A DNA stretch of 20,000 bases, from the IMG/VR virus record IMGVR_UViG_3300014050_000019. One strand, given 5' to 3'. Of this stretch, positions 17,292 to 20,000 are shown piece by piece. The notes below the pieces were generated by a model. The model worked only from the letters and a program-made list of their open reading frames with translations, did no database searches and was not told where the DNA came from. The stretch is from an uncultured virus (IMG/VR IMGVR_UViG_3300014050_000019) (taxonomy: Duplodnaviria > Heunggongvirae > Uroviricota > Caudoviricetes). Positions within the stretch are counted from its first letter, which is position 1, and each line of letters begins with the position of its first letter. The position numbers were made by a program, and so were the translations under genes.

Positions 17292-18014
17292 CTAGAATTT
17301 ACCTAATCTATTATTAATATATTCAGGAGATTGCTGAATCTTTATAAAAGCCATATCTTGCTGAATTAAACATCTGTTCATCATTTCATCATTATAGTAG
17401 TGATCTTGTAGAGTTTTAAATGGAACAAACTTTTGAGTTAACATATAAGAGATTATATCTGTAATGCTTGGAGCACCTTCGTTATATCTAAGTATAGGAA
17501 CTTCTAAAATAACTAATGAAGCAAACTTCAAGCATTCTTCCGCTCCTTTTAAAATATCTAATTCGCTACCTTGAGTATCAATCTTTATGATATCAGGTAG
17601 TTCTAAATTATTTTTAGCTACATATGAGTCTAAAGTTGTAGTTGAGACTTTAATTGGATCTATCTTATCAAAGTGACCTGTGACTTCTTTATAATAAGAG
17701 TTTCCATTAATAATGCTATGATCTCCGCTATAAAAATCTACTTCTTTTTTAGAGTCTGAAAGAAATACTCTATGCCACTCATGCTTATAGTTATTTTCTA
17801 CCGCATCTCTTTCAATTGGTTCAAATAGATGAAACTTAGTATGTGGTTCAAGGAACTGTGCTACGACTCTAGAAAATATTCCATCTGATGCGCCAATATC
17901 GTATACAGTATTAAATGAAAATTCATGTGAAAGCGTATCTACTGCTATGAACAAATTTCTAAGATTCATCATGTCTTTATAAATCATGTCAGATTCAAGC
18001 AAAGTATTATCCAA
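17292..18014 (-). CDS. FkbM-family SAM-dependent methyltransferase
   Basis: VYDIGASDG (motif I), FEP, TTLD and IKIDTQGSELDILKGA signature. Confidence 0.88.
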   Translation of the reverse strand: MDNTLLESDMIYKDMMNLRNLFIAVDTLSHEFSFNTVYDIGASDGIFSRVVAQFLEPHTKFHLFEPIERDAVENNYKHEWHRVFLSDSKKEVDFYSGDHSIINGNSYYKEVTGHFDKIDPIKVSTTTLDSYVAKNNLELPDIIKIDTQGSELDILKGAEECLKFASLVILEVPILRYNEGAPSITDIISYMLTQKFVPFKTLQDHYYNDEMMNRCLIQQDMAFIKIQQSPEYINNRLGKF

Positions 18015-18186
18015 CTTGATTTCCTTTATATACTTGAACTGAATCCATAAAAGTTACTTTACGACTTGTTATATATCCGCCTTTTTCATCTAGCTGTTGT
18101 CTAGCTGATATTTCATCTGCTGCAAGAATCTGAATAATCATTTCAACCTTATATGTGTAGCAAGATGTGTCTTCTGATGTATCCAT
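18007..18186 (-). CDS. Hypothetical 59-aa protein
   Basis: MDTSEDTSCYTYKVEMIIQILAADEISARQQLDEKGGYITSRKVTFMDSVQVYKGNQVG; SD AGGA; overlaps the FkbM start. Confidence 0.65.
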   Translation of the reverse strand: MDTSEDTSCYTYKVEMIIQILAADEISARQQLDEKGGYITSRKVTFMDSVQVYKGNQVG

Positions 18187-18244
18187 ATTAATCCTAGTCG
18201 ACTAGTATTTTATATATAACAAAATGTTAATAAAATATTTTTTT

Positions 18245-18352
18245 CTACTTACAGCTTTTCTGATGATTTGTTAATGTCATATGGGCAAATCCAGATCTTA
18301 CCTCTATATCCCGCCCACATTTATCACACTTTACAGTTCTATGAGATGCCAT
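18245..18352 (-). CDS. 35-aa C2HC zinc-finger-like microprotein
   Basis: MASHRTVKCDKCGRDIEVRSGFAHMTLTNHQKSCK; leaderless behind TTGACT-17-TATAAT. Confidence 0.6.
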   Translation of the reverse strand: MASHRTVKCDKCGRDIEVRSGFAHMTLTNHQKSCK

Positions 18353-18359
18353 TGTCTCC

Positions 18360-18388
18360 ATTATATATTATTATAATATTCTAGTCAA
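18360..18388 (-). promoter_or_regulatory. Promoter TTGACT-17-TATAAT
   Basis: The -35 box (18388-18383) lies inside a TAGTCAACT palindrome copy; 7 nt to ATG 18352. Confidence 0.6.
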
Positions 18389-18446
18389 CTGGTTTATATT
18401 TACCTATTTATCCTTTATATATATTATATTTACTATAGTGGATACT

Positions 18447-18585
18447 TGGGGATTTAGATTTTAGCAAAACCCCCCTTTCCCCCCTTTAACAAATATGCTA
18501 AAGTTGGATAAAGAGAGAAGCTTCACTAAACTCCCAAGAATTACTTGGTACATTTGAGTTTCAGTGTAAACCCCCCGAAAACCAG
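18447..18585 (-). ncRNA. Candidate G-tract structured RNA (~140 nt)
   Basis: Follows the promoter at 18592-18621; hairpins at 18515-18576, 18484-18503 and 18448-18475 with multiple G-U pairs on the minus strand; three G6 runs. Confidence 0.5.
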
Positions 18586-18591
18586 ATCCTA

Positions 18592-18621
18592 AGTATAACA
18601 TGACAGATTTTTCGCAGTCAA
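18592..18621 (-). promoter_or_regulatory. Promoter TTGACT-18-TATACT, TG-extended
   Basis: Minus strand TTGACT (18621-18616) and TGT-TATACT (18600-18592). Confidence 0.65.
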
Positions 18622-18753
18622 TACTTTGTTAAAAATATTTTTAGTCAACTACTATTTCAGATTTATGAAAATGTTAATATAGATTTTATTTGTATGATCC
18701 AGGGTTTGTAAATGTCCGTTTTGTCCATATAGTGCGCCCATATATAGGCTAAA

Positions 18754-18769
18754 TGTGACCTAACTCACA
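18754..18769. promoter_or_regulatory. CRP-family-like site TGTGA-N6-TCACA
   Basis: AAATGTGA-CCTAAC-TCACA, exact core consensus. Confidence 0.65.
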
Positions 18770-18870
18770 GACTTTTTTTTCAAATTGTCCGACATGTCCG
18801 ATTTGCGACTTGATATTTGTCAGTGGGTAGGTATATGATTATAGTATAAGAAAAATTAAATAAAGGTAAA

Positions 18871-18911
18871 TGAGCCTAGCAAATAATCCGAAAGGTGAGC
18901 CTAGCAAATAA
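18871..18911 (+). repeat. Perfect 16-bp direct repeat TGAGCCTAGCAAATAA x2
   Basis: Copies at 18871-18886 and 18896-18911, separated by TCCGAAAGG. Confidence 0.85.
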
Positions 18912-18947
18912 ATTACCTAAGTTTATCTAAAAAGAAAGGAGTTCCAA

Positions 18948-19163
18948 ATGAACTCACTAAATGTAATATCAGTAGTAGTAGAACCTACTCATCCAATGTC
19001 TTCTAGTAATACTAAAGATAACAATATCTTCCGCCTTGCTAATGGTAACTACATTAGCCGTATGGCATATGTCTATATGGTAGCCGATAAAGGCTTACTA
19101 TCTCACCGCTACCTCTCACCTAATGAGAGTAAGTGGGTATTCGCTAATAAGGTAGGTGCTTAA
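18948..19163 (+). CDS. Hypothetical early protein
   Basis: 71 aa, strong SD AGAAAGGAG. Confidence 0.8.
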   Translation: MNSLNVISVVVEPTHPMSSSNTKDNNIFRLANGNYISRMAYVYMVADKGLLSHRYLSPNESKWVFANKVGA

Positions 19164-19164
19164 T

Positions 19165-19422
19165 ATGAATAAGTGTCTTGCTAATAATTGCACACATAGT
19201 GCTAAGTTTATTGACCGCTACGATGTAGTAGATGGTAAGGTAGTAAAGAAAGATAACCATAAGTGGCACTTCTGCACTACCTGCGATAAGGTAGTTCATA
19301 AAGACTACATCTCTTACCATGAGATGAGATGCCGTCTCTTCCATGAGACAGCTAAGAATTGTATCGCTAAGGGTCACTACTTAGACGGCACACATAGCGA
19401 ACATGTCGCTTGCAATATGTGA
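19165..19422 (+). CDS. Cys/His-rich hypothetical early protein
   Basis: Start likely ATG 19165 (SD AGGTG); C-x4-C-x-H, CTTC...H...C motifs. Confidence 0.7.
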   Translation: MNKCLANNCTHSAKFIDRYDVVDGKVVKKDNHKWHFCTTCDKVVHKDYISYHEMRCRLFHETAKNCIAKGHYLDGTHSEHVACNM

Positions 19423-19433
19423 GGCAACTCACA
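19418..19433. promoter_or_regulatory. Second CRP-family-like site TGTGA-N6-TCACA
   Basis: TGTGA-GGCAAC-TCACA upstream of the promoter TGTCAGT...TGG-TAGGCT (19462-19483). Confidence 0.65.
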
Positions 19434-19514
19434 CCGACACACCTAGCCCTATGCTAGGTAATGTCAGTAGGCTATGGTAGGCTTACACCATAAAGAAAAC
19501 GAAAGGAAAACTAA

Positions 19515-19643
19515 ATGAATCTAGAAGAATATAAGGCGCATGTAGAGGCGCAACGCAAGGCTAGCCTAGAGCAAGCCATAGCCACATTAACTAAGGCTAA
19601 TAAAAAACTAACCGATAACTTTAACATAGAGGAGAATAACTAA
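19515..19643 (+). CDS. 42-aa hypothetical early protein
   Basis: MNLEEYKAHVEAQRKASLEQAIATLTKANKKLTDNFNIEENN; SD GAAAGGA. Confidence 0.7.
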   Translation: MNLEEYKAHVEAQRKASLEQAIATLTKANKKLTDNFNIEENN

Positions 19644-19822
19644 TGATGAGTAAATGGGATACAATTCAGGCAGATGTTGCGGATGCATATGTTTGGCTAG
19701 ATGAAGAATTAGCACAAGAGGAAACGCATGAAGACGAAGATGTTTTCGGTTTCTCTAAGGCTATTGAAATTGACCATCTTACAGATGAGCAACTAGACAT
19801 GATTGGAGAGATGTTTAACTAA
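19643..19822 (+). CDS. 59-aa highly acidic early protein
   Basis: MMSKWDTIQADVADAYVWLDEELAQEETHEDEDVFGFSKAIEIDHLTDEQLDMIGEMFN; SD GAGGAG; TAATG overlap. Confidence 0.75.
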   Translation: MMSKWDTIQADVADAYVWLDEELAQEETHEDEDVFGFSKAIEIDHLTDEQLDMIGEMFN

Positions 19823-19959
19823 TGACACTAGAATTAAATGACTACGGATTAGAATTCGATACATATGTTTGCTATATAGCGTTATCATGGCAGGTAATTG
19901 TTCCCGCCGTTATTGCGTTAATTGCTTATAAGATTTATAAGAGAAAGAAGAATAAATAA
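19822..19959 (+). CDS. 45-aa single-pass membrane protein
   Basis: MTLELNDYGLEFDTYVCYIALSWQVIVPAVIALIAYKIYKRKKNK; SD GGAG; hydrophobic helix plus basic tail. Confidence 0.7.
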   Translation: MTLELNDYGLEFDTYVCYIALSWQVIVPAVIALIAYKIYKRKKNK

Positions 19960-20000
19960 ATGACAATAAATCGCTTACTAACTACAGCGGTGCAGGTAGG
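19960..20000 (+). CDS. Hypothetical protein (partial, runs off the right edge)
   Basis: ATG immediately after the upstream stop; MTINRLLTTAVQV... Confidence 0.5.
   Translation, partial: MTINRLLTTAVQV

Noticed and set aside
18070..18090. AAAGGCGG as a genome-wide alternative Shine-Dalgarno system
   Set aside because: The instances here and at ~9500 are Lys-Gly-Gly codons; most genes use ordinary AGGAG-type SDs
18871..18911. 16-bp direct repeat as a mini CRISPR array
   Set aside because: Only two copies, a 9-nt spacer, repeat too short, and no cas genes in the window
1..20000. Alternative genetic code (stop-codon reassignment)
   Set aside because: Standard code 11 gives full-length, densely packed genes, and no suppressor tRNA is present

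Overview
AT-rich segment of a tailed dsDNA phage genome. Leaderless genes, TGn-extended -10 promoters and the gene content suggest a phage of low-GC freshwater Actinobacteria, but this host is an inference. 1-9.6 kb (minus strand): tail fibre/receptor-binding and accessory structural genes. 9.7-13.0 kb (minus): holin-like gene, class II (B12-dependent) ribonucleotide reductase and a GT-B glycosyltransferase. 13.1-15.8 kb (plus): SLT/lysozyme-like muralytic enzyme, several tiny Cys-rich proteins, a stand-alone structured small RNA candidate and a GT-A glycosyltransferase. 15.8-18.4 kb (minus): three tRNAs (Arg-TCT, Gly-TCC, Asn-GTT) interleaved with two paralogous HNH nucleases and a structured spacer, then an FkbM-family methyltransferase and micro zinc-finger ORFs. 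18.4-18.95 kb: non-coding strand-switch region with a promoter-driven G-tract RNA candidate, composite repeats and a CRP-like site. 18.95-20 kb (plus): early-type cluster of small genes. The most notable unexplained signals are non-coding: three candidate structured RNAs, a symmetric leader element, a dispersed TAGTC(A/G)ACTA palindrome and CRP-box/TGTCAGT promoters. All calls were made by eye, without database searches.
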